Shown here one piece after another: positions 47,257-56,262 of a stretch of DNA of 64,000 nt (the first letter of the stretch is position 1; every line of letters starts with the position of its first letter). Location of the stretch: the NCBI GenBank assembly GCA_965219095.1, contig OZ244719.1, positions 459,071 to 523,070 on the forward strand. The letters run 5' to 3'. The notes under the pieces are model-generated. The model saw only the letters and a program-made list of their open reading frames with translations. It was not told the DNA's origin and made no database searches. The position numbers and the translations under genes are program-made. This stretch comes from Bdellovibrionales bacterium (GTDB lineage: Bacteria > Bdellovibrionota > Bdellovibrionia > Bdellovibrionales > UBA1609).

Positions 47257-47700
47257 TTAAGTACAGTCAGCTCCTGCGCCATTTGATTTTAAAATTTTAA
47301 GATTATCCATCTGCCAATTTGTTCCAACACTATCAAGCTTATTGCTTGTGTGATTTCCAAAAGCTCCAGCTTTGAAGGTTGTAGTTGTGTGTTCACATGC
47401 AGGTCCAGGAGCCCTTTTAGTGCCGGTAGCATGAGTAGAGTCGTGTTTTGCAGCAGCAGCCGCTGTTGCTGGGCATGTTCCCACTACAGCACTCGCCTTA
47501 AATCCGATAGAAAAATATTGCGTTCCCTCGGGTTTTCCAAAACCTATCAAATCCAAGTTATTACAATAATCGCCTTGTTCATAAAAGTACGCTTTTTCTG
47601 CTGTATAAAGAGCCCCTAAGTTAGTTTTAGCTTCACCGTCTCGTGCTTTTTTTCTAAACCCATCGAATGCAGGAATGGCAACTGCTGCAAGAATTCCTAT
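47257..47700 (-). pseudogene. Pilin cassette F: 5'-truncated PilA-type pilin, no start codon
   Basis: The minus frame reads ...LF|IGILAAVAIPAFDGFRKKARDGEAKTNLGALYTAEKAYFYEQGDYCNNLDLIGFGKPEGTQYF... An in-frame TGA lies 8 codons upstream of the core and no ATG precedes it. Confidence 0.8.
47606..47700 (-). repeat. Conserved pilin 5' core, copy F
   Basis: Reverse complement of the core. The sequence beyond 47700 is an unrelated IS fragment. Confidence 0.85.
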
Positions 47701-47738
47701 AAAAAGAAAGAGATGAAGTTTTCCTCAAAGAGGCAGTT

Positions 47739-48275
47739 ATGAAAATGGGAAAGTTTATTTTTATTACAAATGAAAGGGGCTTAGATCGGAAGGATGTGTT
47801 ATCGCTTTATCGCAGTAGAGATGGGATAGAAAGATTATTTAGATCTTTTAAGCACAATATTCTTGAAAAAAGGAGTAGGGTAAAATCAGAGGATGTCCCA
47901 TTTCTCGGTGGAATTAGTTAGAGGGCGATTTCATGTTTAAGCGACCTTTCTTTGTTTTGCAACCATTTTTTCTAAGTTGTAATAGTCGCAACTTAATCTC
48001 TCACATAAACAATGTGATGAAAGAAAAGAATCTGTACAAGAAATTTTCAAAAACAGAGGTCTATAAAATTTTAGATAAATTAAAGTTCTATAAATTGGCC
48101 ACAGGACAAACAAGATTAGGAGAGTTGTCCGGTAAGCAAAAGAGCCTTTATAAAGCTTTTAATGTGACTCGGGAAATCCCACACAGCTTTAAGTTGTAAA
48201 ATCCCCTCTGACTAATGCGACGCATTACGAGGGCCGAATAAAAACCTAGTACCAAAATCCACAGAATTCAGGAAG
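47739..48275 (+). pseudogene. C-terminal fragment of an IS4/IS1634-family transposase and IS end, interrupted by a 91-bp repeat
   Basis: DVLSLYRSRDGIERLFRSFKHNI parallels DMLKLYFDKDIIEKAFKTLKGI of the 57782-58825 ORF. The frame is broken at about 47887-47995. Confidence 0.5.
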
Positions 48276-48792
48276 TTACAGTATGGGTCTGAATTTCATA
48301 AAAAATATCAATCTTTTTACGCTTCTCAAGGCTTTTTACCTCTGCTGTCTTTAAAAACATCCCACACTGAGAACACTCTGAGGGAGAGACAGTCTCCTCA
48401 CTGTTTGTGTCTTTACTGTTATCAAGTCTAGAGCCCTTTTTTTGACTCCCACTAGCTTTCTTATTACGATTCCCTTGACGACTAAAATCTTGCGAAGGAG
48501 GAAGACCGCTGTTGCTGGAATTTTTTCAAACCTGTTTTTCTAAAAACACAACAATCAGAATGTTCACAACCTTAAAGAGAGATTCAACAATCACAGAAAT
48601 TTCAGTAGGCACAGAACCTTTCTTTGCAAACTTATCAAAGTCACTTCTTATATTTTCAATCTCATTTCTGATGGAGGTCTTATTTATTGTCATTTGAAAA
48701 AAGTATTTAAAAGAAAATCTGTAAGAACAAGACTTTTATCTTAAAACAGGTCTAAAGTTAGGGATAACTGAACAATGTAGGTGAGCAGTTAC
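48274..48792 (-). mobile_element. Partial inverted copy (first ~519 bp) of the IS66-family element
   Basis: Reverse complement of 18713-19231 and ends with GTGAGCAGTTAC at 48781-48792. Confidence 0.8.
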
Positions 48793-48949
48793 GAATCGGT
48801 ATGCTGTTTTAATACATCTCCTCCCAATAAAGGTGCCTTTGGACCTCTTGATTCTCTTAAAGGCCTCACCTCCCAAGCACTTTTATTGCTGTTTCCTTGA
48901 AAGTAGGGAAACTTTCCTGAAACCTAGTACCAAAATTAACAGATTTCAG

Positions 48950-49721
48950 GATACAATGGAAAAAGAACCATAAGTATCTCACCTTAGTCTATGAAATAAG
49001 CAAAGAAAGTGTTCGTTTGCTATGGATAGGAGAAAAAAGAACAGAAAAGAGTTTTAGGAAATTCTTTGATTTACTAGGAGAGAAGTCAAAAGAGATACGG
49101 TTTGTGTGCTCTGACATGTGGAAGCCTTATTTAAAAGTCATAAAGGAAAGGGCAAGTCAAGCTTTGAATATATTAGATCGGTTTCATATCGTAGCAAGAC
49201 TCAATAAGGCTTTAGACGAAGTGAGAGCTTCAGAACACAAAAAAATGAAAGAAGATGGGTATGAACCCCTTTTAACAAAATCTAGATGGCCCTTGTTAAA
49301 AAATGCAGAAAATTTAAAATCTTATGAAAAAGTAAAATTAAGGCATTTAATACAGTACAATTTAAAAAGTATCCGCTGTTATTTTTTAAAAGAAGACTTC
49401 CGACAGTTATGGACCTATGTTTCACCAACTTGGACTGGTAAATTTATAGACAGTTGGACGAGACGAGTCATGCTTTCAAAAATTGAACCTATGAAAAGAG
49501 AAGCAAAAACCATACGAAGACATAAGCTACTTATTCTTAATTACTTCAAGGCTAAAAAAGCCTTCTCCTCAGGGATTGTAGAGGGTTTAAACAACAAAGT
49601 AAAACTCACTATGAGAAAATCTTACGGCTTTAGAACCTCTAAAGCTATAAAAATCGCCTTATATCATAACCTTGGAAAACTGCCAGAACCTCCGGAACCC
49701 ACAGATTCTTTTGAGGAGGCA
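48950..49721 (+). mobile_element. 5'-truncated ISL3 copy (3' half of the transposase plus right IR)
   Basis: ORF 49017-49748 matches residues of about 220-458 of the intact ISL3 transposase. It ends in CCACAGATTCTTTTGAGGAGGC. Confidence 0.8.
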
Positions 49722-49744
49722 ATTATTTTAACTTTAGTGAAATT

Positions 49745-49981
49745 ATGACAGCTCAAGATAGGGATACCTCTTTAGCTGTCATGTCGGCTGTGATGAGTGA
49801 GTTCTCTCACCAGCTCTTAGAAAAAGAAGATCATGACAAGCTCATTTTTATTGTGGATGAAACACCTTTTTTCATTCAACACTCTTTTGAGACTTTTAAA
49901 CTTTTGAGTAAAAACGTAAGAAAGCTTGAAAAGGATAAAAATCTGGAGGAAAACATGGAATCTATTTTTAAAAACAAATGA
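49745..49981 (+). pseudogene. Possible fragment of a conjugative/secretion ATPase
   Basis: LIFIVDETPFFIQ is Walker-B-like. The ORF is short and isolated. Confidence 0.2.
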
Positions 49982-50116
49982 CTTTTTATCAAGACCTTAG
50001 AATAAAAACTAGACCTCAACTCAAAAAAACGGAAAACTTAAACGGAAGCACTATATGTGAAAATAATTGCAAAGAAATAAAAAGTGTTTAAAAACCTTAT
50101 TTTTCACAAATCATAG

Positions 50117-51253
50117 CTAAAATTTAAGGTTAAAGACGTTACCTCTTTTAGAAAGAAAGAAGATTTTTTTTGAATCCAAAATCACTGGAGGAGAGACAAG
50201 CCCCTCTCCTGGATTCATAAAAGCTTTTAGTTTTCCGTCTTTTAAACTGAGAGCTTTGAGAGCACCTTGAAACTCCCCCACCCAAAGGTGCTTTTTTCCT
50301 ATAACAGGAGCTAAAGCAATACCTTTTGTTTTGTAAGACCAGATAAGATCTCCTGATAGATTTAAAGCCACAACTTCTCCTCTAGAAGTCGAATGATAAA
50401 TGAGTCCTTTTTGAGAGTCTAAGGTGACAGAAAAAGCACTCCCGTAAGGTTTTTTCCATAAAACTCTACCTGTTGAAATATTTAAACAGTATAAATAGCT
50501 GTCAAAATTAGATACAAAGACCTTAGAGCGAAATACTACAGGTGTTGCATCTACATCTAAAAGGGGAAGGGATTGATTTTCAGACTTTAAACTTTGAGAC
50601 CATAACAAAATTCCATCAACAGCTCGATAAGCATTAATGATACCATTTTGAAAGCCCACAAGAAGTTTTCCCTTATAAAAAAAAGGTCTTCCTATACCTT
50701 TAACAGAAAGGTTATTTTCAATCCTCTCTGATCTTTCCCATACTTTTTTTCCTGTTTTTTTATCAAGAGAGTATACTTCTCCTAAAGAAGTTTGAAAATA
50801 AACCCGTTTTTTAGTCACCCAAGGAGAACTTACAGAAGTACTTTTTGTTTTATAAGACCAGATCTTTTCTCCTGTATCTAAAGAAATTACATAAAAAACA
50901 CCATCTCTTCCTCCTAAAAATACTCTTTTTTCACTAATAACAGGCTCTCCTTCAACCCCCCCTGAAATAGCAAATTCCCATACTTTTCTCCCTGTCTTTA
51001 CTTCAAAGGCTAATAGCTTATTTGAACCATTACTTACAACGAAGGTTTCTTTTTGAGGAGAAAAGCTAAGATAGGAAGAACCCACAATAATATGATACTT
51101 ATCTATAGAGTTTATGTTTTGAACCCAGAGGGTTTGGAATTCAATTTCTTGAAATTCGAGAGCTTCGTATCCAGAAACTTTAAAGAAGTTTTTAAAAGAA
51201 GAACAACTTGTTAACAAGAAAGAACTCAAAAAGAAAAAAAAGATGAATTTCAT
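50117..51253 (-). CDS. bamB: Outer-membrane assembly lipoprotein BamB-like (PQQ-type beta-propeller)
   Basis: Lipobox LLTSCSS. Repeated G-x-V/I-x-A-x-D-x-x-T-G-x-x-x-W blades. Sits directly downstream of the yfgM-like gene, as in enterobacteria. Confidence 0.75.
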   Translation of the reverse strand: MKFIFFFFLSSFLLTSCSSFKNFFKVSGYEALEFQEIEFQTLWVQNINSIDKYHIIVGSSYLSFSPQKETFVVSNGSNKLLAFEVKTGRKVWEFAISGGVEGEPVISEKRVFLGGRDGVFYVISLDTGEKIWSYKTKSTSVSSPWVTKKRVYFQTSLGEVYSLDKKTGKKVWERSERIENNLSVKGIGRPFFYKGKLLVGFQNGIINAYRAVDGILLWSQSLKSENQSLPLLDVDATPVVFRSKVFVSNFDSYLYCLNISTGRVLWKKPYGSAFSVTLDSQKGLIYHSTSRGEVVALNLSGDLIWSYKTKGIALAPVIGKKHLWVGEFQGALKALSLKDGKLKAFMNPGEGLVSPPVILDSKKIFFLSKRGNVFNLKF

Positions 51254-51966
51254 AAGGGTTTTTTAGATTTTAATAAAAACATTTTTAAATAAGCTTCTGC
51301 GTAAGATGACCAAGGGGCGTATTGTTTGTCTGTTTTAGAGAGCTTCAAAAGCTTTCTTAAAATTTGTTCTGATTTTTTTGTATCCCCTAGCTTCCAGTAC
51401 AGGAACCCTTTCCTTAATAAAGCTTCGGGGTGAGAAAAAAAGAGTTGTTTTCTATTTAAAATGTGTTCGTATTGTAAAAGGGCTTTTTTGGTTTCCTTTC
51501 TATCTTCAAAAAGGCTTGCTTTAAAGAGATAGAAAAGACTGTAAAGAAAGTTTTCTTCTGGAATATGTTTTATGGTTTTATCAATAAGCTCTAAGGCTTT
51601 TTGTTCTTGTTTGTAACGTCTTAGCATGGAAGCTAGATGCAAAACTCCTTGAAAGGTAGCATTTTGATCGGGGTAAGTTTCAAAAAGACGTTCCAGATTA
51701 GAGATATAGCTTTGGGATTCCTTTAACCACTCTTTATCTGTAGGAGTTTTTTGAAAGGTTTTCTTTATATGATCTTTATGAGCTTTTTGGAGAAAATAAA
51801 CTTTTTCGAAAACGTTTTTCTGAGCCTCTGTCTCTTTATACTGAAGACCATAAAAAAGAACACAAGACAATAAGATAAGAACAAAGATAATCACAATGTG
51901 AGTTCTATTTTGTTGTAAAAAATGAACTAGTTTATCTTCTAAAAGAACGTGTTTTTTTTCCGACAT
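51250..51966 (-). CDS. YfgM-like TPR membrane protein
   Basis: Single N-terminal TM helix (HIVIIFVLILLSCVLFYGL) plus a TPR-like helical region. Overlaps the bamB start. Confidence 0.55.
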   Translation of the reverse strand: MSEKKHVLLEDKLVHFLQQNRTHIVIIFVLILLSCVLFYGLQYKETEAQKNVFEKVYFLQKAHKDHIKKTFQKTPTDKEWLKESQSYISNLERLFETYPDQNATFQGVLHLASMLRRYKQEQKALELIDKTIKHIPEENFLYSLFYLFKASLFEDRKETKKALLQYEHILNRKQLFFSHPEALLRKGFLYWKLGDTKKSEQILRKLLKLSKTDKQYAPWSSYAEAYLKMFLLKSKKPL

Positions 51967-53087
51967 TACTTTAACCTCTGCTTCATTTCCTTTAAGTTAG
52001 CAAAGGAGCGTGAAATACGTCCTTGATGATGAGTTCTCAGGTTTGCTATGTATTTCACTCTTTGCTCTGCTACATCAAAGGCTGCTTGGTGAGAGGTGAT
52101 GTTTTTCTTTTTCGCTAAATCATAGACTTTCATTAAGTTATCATAAACTCTCAAAGTCTTTTCATTAGCTCTCACAGTAGAATAACCTTCAAGTTCAGCA
52201 AAAACATTCATAAGACCTCCAGCATTGATTACAAAATCAGGAGCATAAAGGATTCCTAACTCTTCAAGAGCTTTAGAGTGGTTTTTTTCATCAGCTAATT
52301 GGTTGTTTGCTCCTCCTGCCACAATTGAGGCCTTTAATTGTGTTATGGTTCTGTCGTTAATGACGGAACCTAAAGCACAGGGAGCAAAAACATCACATTC
52401 TGCGGAAATAATATGCTCAGGTTTTGTAGCCTCTAATCCATACTTTTCTGCTATATCTTGTGTTCTGTTCTCGTTGATGTCACTGATAATTACCTTAGCC
52501 TTTTTTTCCACTAAATATTGAACTAAAAAACTTCCCACCTGCCCTAAGCCCTGAACTGCTACACGTACTCCTTCTAGAGAATCGGTCTTAAGTTTTCTTT
52601 TCACAGAGGCTTTGATGCCCATAAGAACCCCATGAGCTGTATGGGGACTGGGATTTCCAGAACCTCCAAAAACTTCAGGGATTCCCGTAACATAAGGGGT
52701 TTCCATAAAGATATATTCCATATCCTTGACCGTAGTTCCCACATCTTCTGCTGTAATGTAAAGGCCATTTAAAGAATTTACAAAAGTTCCAAAACTTCGA
52801 AGTAAAGCCTCTGACTTAGCTTTAGGGTCTCCTATGATCACAGCTTTTCCTCCTCCTAAGTTAAGACCTGCTACAGCTGCTTTATAAGTCATGCTTTTAG
52901 AAAGACGTAATACATCAATAAGAGCTTCTTTTTCGTTCTCATAGTTCCATATACGAAGGCCACCTAAAGCAGGTCCTAAGGTGGTGTTATGGATCGCAAT
53001 AATACCCTTAAGTCCAATCTTCTTATCATTGATAAAAAGAACCTCCTCATGGCCACCACCTAACTCATCCATCGTATCAAATACCAT
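51966..53087 (-). CDS. Leucine (Glu/Leu/Phe/Val family) dehydrogenase
   Basis: GPALGGLRIW, NLGGGKAVI (catalytic Lys) and the Rossmann motif VAVQGLGQVGS. Confidence 0.85.
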   Translation of the reverse strand: MVFDTMDELGGGHEEVLFINDKKIGLKGIIAIHNTTLGPALGGLRIWNYENEKEALIDVLRLSKSMTYKAAVAGLNLGGGKAVIIGDPKAKSEALLRSFGTFVNSLNGLYITAEDVGTTVKDMEYIFMETPYVTGIPEVFGGSGNPSPHTAHGVLMGIKASVKRKLKTDSLEGVRVAVQGLGQVGSFLVQYLVEKKAKVIISDINENRTQDIAEKYGLEATKPEHIISAECDVFAPCALGSVINDRTITQLKASIVAGGANNQLADEKNHSKALEELGILYAPDFVINAGGLMNVFAELEGYSTVRANEKTLRVYDNLMKVYDLAKKKNITSHQAAFDVAEQRVKYIANLRTHHQGRISRSFANLKEMKQRLK

Positions 53088-53433
53088 ATGCTCTCCCTTA
53101 CTTTACAAAATCATAAAAAAAATTAGTCTTTAGAGCAAGTCTTTATAACAGGAAAAAGGAAGATAAAGGAGTTTATTTATTAAAAAAACTTCCAAAAGGC
53201 CTTTTTGATAACAGATGAGTCAAAAGATTTGGGGGGTATTATTTAAAAACCTAAGGATTCTTAAATCTTAGCGAAGAATCTTAAAAGTTTTTATGATTAA
53301 AAACCTTTTTAATAGCTTCACATCTCGTATGAGAAGTTTTTCCTAGTCTGTATAGTCTTTGAATTTTAGCGAAATTTTAGCTCAAACTCCCCTTTTTTTT
53401 GACTTTTTCCTACAAAGAGCTTAAAAAATAAGG

Positions 53434-53937
53434 ATGTCATCAAAACTGCCTTTTATCTTTCTCAATAGAATGTCTCAAAAGGAAGAAAGCTTTTGTTTTT
53501 CTTCAAAAAAAGTCTCCTTTCTCATTGACCCCTATATCAGAAAAGTTATTCCTTACCCTAAGGATTACGAAATCACCTTTACTATTAGTCCATTATCAAG
53601 GGTTTATGAGGTTTCAGGTGAGATAAAAACCTCTTTTCCTTTAGAATGTGTAGTCTGTTTGAGGGCTTATGAAGAGCCTTTAGAGAAAGTTTTTTGCGAA
53701 ATTTGGTCCCCTCCTTCTCAGAACTCCCATTTTTCAGAGCGTCATTTACTTGGTGATTGCAGGAAAAAAAAAGATCTGTCTTATTTTCAGCCTCTAAAAA
53801 GTTTTAAAGTGAATTTAGGGAAGTGGTTGGAGGAGCTTCTTTTAAGCCTTAAACCCTCTTACCCTAAACCTCTTGATTGTGATGACAATTGTATTTATAG
53901 AAGAGAGTTCATGTCTTATACCAATTACAGAAATTAA
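53434..53937 (+). CDS. yceD: DUF177/YceD-family protein, 3' end replaced by an IS630-type repeat
   Basis: The pattern EVSGEIKTSFPLECVVCLRAYEEPL is typical of YceD. The last codons and stop lie in ATACCAATTACAGAAATTAAT (53918-53938), a copy of the IS630-like IR. Confidence 0.55.
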   Translation: MSSKLPFIFLNRMSQKEESFCFSSKKVSFLIDPYIRKVIPYPKDYEITFTISPLSRVYEVSGEIKTSFPLECVVCLRAYEEPLEKVFCEIWSPPSQNSHFSERHLLGDCRKKKDLSYFQPLKSFKVNLGKWLEELLLSLKPSYPKPLDCDDNCIYRREFMSYTNYRN

Positions 53938-53938
53938 T

Positions 53939-54486
53939 CCAAGGTACAAGAAAAGATAAGCATTGGAATGCCCTTCTCAAGTGCTGTGTTCTTGCAAGGT
54001 TTTTAGAGCCTTCAAGTAAGTTAAGAGCTGTTGATTTAATTTTAAACCGCTTTCAGGAAAAGTTTACTCATGATCAAGTTTTAAAGATGATGGATCATCT
54101 TTCAAATTCGGAGGAGAGACTTAAGTCAAAGCTTTCTGGTGTGATGTTAAAACGAAGTCAAGGCATGGAGGTCTTACTTTTTGACGTAACCACCTTATTT
54201 TGAGAGCATCATAGAGAGTGATATAAAAACCTTTGGTTACAGTAAAGATGCTAAGTTTAAGGGGGTCCAGGTTGTTTTAGCCCTTATGACAGATACGGAT
54301 GGTCTTCCCATAAATTATGAGATTTACCCTGGAAATATGTCAGAAACAAAGACCTTCATACCTTGTCTTGAGAAGACCCAGAAAAAATACAATTTAAAAA
54401 AGATAAGAGTGACAGCAGATAAGGCAATGTTTTCAAAAAAAAATCTCTCTTATTTTGATAGCAGTTCCTTTTCCATGGAGTATATT
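53939..54486 (+). pseudogene. IS4/IS1634-family transposase fragment (part 1)
   Basis: LLFDVTTLF*ESI...GYSKDAKFKGVQVVLALMTDTDGLPINYEIYPGNMSETKTF...IRVTADKAMFSKKNL. It has an internal stop and is interrupted by the IS630-like element. Confidence 0.65.
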
Positions 54487-55896
54487 ATACCAATTACAGA
54501 AATTAATTCGACATTTTTATGTTCAAATTTAAAATTTTAAAATTGACTTAAGGAAAAGTTTCAATTAGGAGGCTTTAAAAAAGTTTTTTTTGAAGGGAGG
54601 TTGAGTTTTCATAAGATATGTTTATTTTATGTATATCTATTGTTGTGTGAATCGATTGATGGGTTAAAATAAGTGTAAAAAAGTGAGGTTAAGATGTAAA
54701 ATGAAAAAAATCAGTTACGCAATTTAATTTATAGGTTCAAATTAATTTACAAGCTTGATTCATCTTGTTGTTTTGCCCAAGATCGAGTGCATAATTTTTT
54801 AATCCTGCCCTCCTGATCGCAAAAAGTATTCCAGGCCTCACAACAAGTATTCAGTATATGGTCATAGTTTTTAAAACATGCATTCGATAATTTGATCCTT
54901 CGTAATTGTTGCCAGACTTGTTCCATGGGATTTAATTCTGGACTATAAGGAGGTAAAGGCATCAGGGATAAATTCTTAGGAACTATCAAAGTCTCTGTGG
55001 TATGCCAACTGGCTCTGTCCATTAAAACAATTCCATGATAGTTTTCTTGAATATTTTTAGATATCTTATCTAAGTGAATTTGCATCATCCCTGAATTACA
55101 TTCCGGTAAAACCCAAGCACAGCCTTTATCTTTATCCGGACAAACTGCTCCAAAAATATAAGTGGATAAAAATTGTCTTTGTCTCACAACTCTAGGTCGT
55201 GTGCCTTTTCTTGCCCAAATCCTGCTTAAAGAACCTTGCTGGCCTATTCTGCATTCATCCTGCCACCAAATCTCTATTTTATGAGTCTGAATCTTTTCCT
55301 TTATTTTCTCCACCTCTTCTGGAAAATGTTCCTTAAACTGTTCCATAGCTTCTTGTGAACTTTTAGGATGAAGAGAACGACCACTGATCCATACAATATT
55401 AAGACGGTCTAAAAGAGCATAAACCCCAGAAAGAGAATAGCAACAGTCAAATTCATTTGCTAAAAGTTCCTGTATTCCCTTTGCTCCTATGCTTCCTCCT
55501 TCTCTCTTGTCTTGAATTTCATCTAACTTGATTTTGAAGTTCTCTTCTTCTGTCACTGGTAAACGAGGCTTGCGCCCTCTGCCTTCTCGATCTATCAATC
55601 CCTCGTAATCAAAGTCTACAAAAAAAGACTGTAACCAAGATTTGATACTGTGACGGTGATACAAAACCATACCTGCTGTTTCTTGAATCGATTTTCCTTC
55701 TTGCATATGCTGCAAAGCTTGGAGTTTTATCTTGATGTTGGCACTTCTTTCTACTTTGTAAGTAGCTAGAAAATCATACCCTTGAATTTGTGTAACTAAA
55801 TCTTTTTTCGACACTCTAAAAATTTAACAGAGTTTGATCAAAAAGCCAGGACGCTATGCGTTAAAAGAATGTCGAATTAATTTTTGGAAATGGTAT
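54487..55896 (-). mobile_element. IS630-family insertion sequence
   Basis: Inverted repeats ATACCAATTACAGAAATTAATTCGACATT (54487-) and AATGTCGAATTAATTTTTGGAAATGGTAT (ends 55896). Inserted in TA-rich TATATTATATCC of the IS1634-like gene; the exact ends are +/-2 nt. Confidence 0.8.
54747..55814 (-). CDS. IS630-family (Tc1/mariner-like) DDE transposase
   Basis: WWQDECRIGQQG, VLMDRASWHTT and LPPYSPELNPMEQVW. Confidence 0.9.
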   Translation of the reverse strand: MSKKDLVTQIQGYDFLATYKVERSANIKIKLQALQHMQEGKSIQETAGMVLYHRHSIKSWLQSFFVDFDYEGLIDREGRGRKPRLPVTEEENFKIKLDEIQDKREGGSIGAKGIQELLANEFDCCYSLSGVYALLDRLNIVWISGRSLHPKSSQEAMEQFKEHFPEEVEKIKEKIQTHKIEIWWQDECRIGQQGSLSRIWARKGTRPRVVRQRQFLSTYIFGAVCPDKDKGCAWVLPECNSGMMQIHLDKISKNIQENYHGIVLMDRASWHTTETLIVPKNLSLMPLPPYSPELNPMEQVWQQLRRIKLSNACFKNYDHILNTCCEAWNTFCDQEGRIKKLCTRSWAKQQDESSL

Positions 55897-56262
55897 TATA
55901 TCCTGTCCCTTGAGGAAGATGTCTGAAAAGATAAAGAAAGAAATTTTAGACAAAAAAAATTATAGTACAATCAATGAAGATAAGAGGGTTTTTAAATTTT
56001 CTTATGAACAAAAAGATGTCTTTGTGATTCACTCTGAGAAAAGGTCAGCTCATGATAGAAAAAAAAGAGAAAAGATACTTGAAATGATCACAAAAGCGCA
56101 GAACTCAAAGGGAGACATTCAAACAGAGAAACTGATTAAAAACAGAGGAATGAGTAAATATTTAGAGAAAGTTAAAAGCTCTACTCGACTGAATAAGGAT
56201 AAAGTATTAGAGGATTGTCAGTGGTATGGAATTGTAGGAATTTGCACCAATATAAAAAACTT
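55897..56262 (+). pseudogene. IS4/IS1634-family transposase fragment (part 2)
   Basis: Continues the frame of 53939-54486 across the IS630 insertion (...YII|SCPLRKMSEK...) and ends at the ISL3 insertion. Confidence 0.55.
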
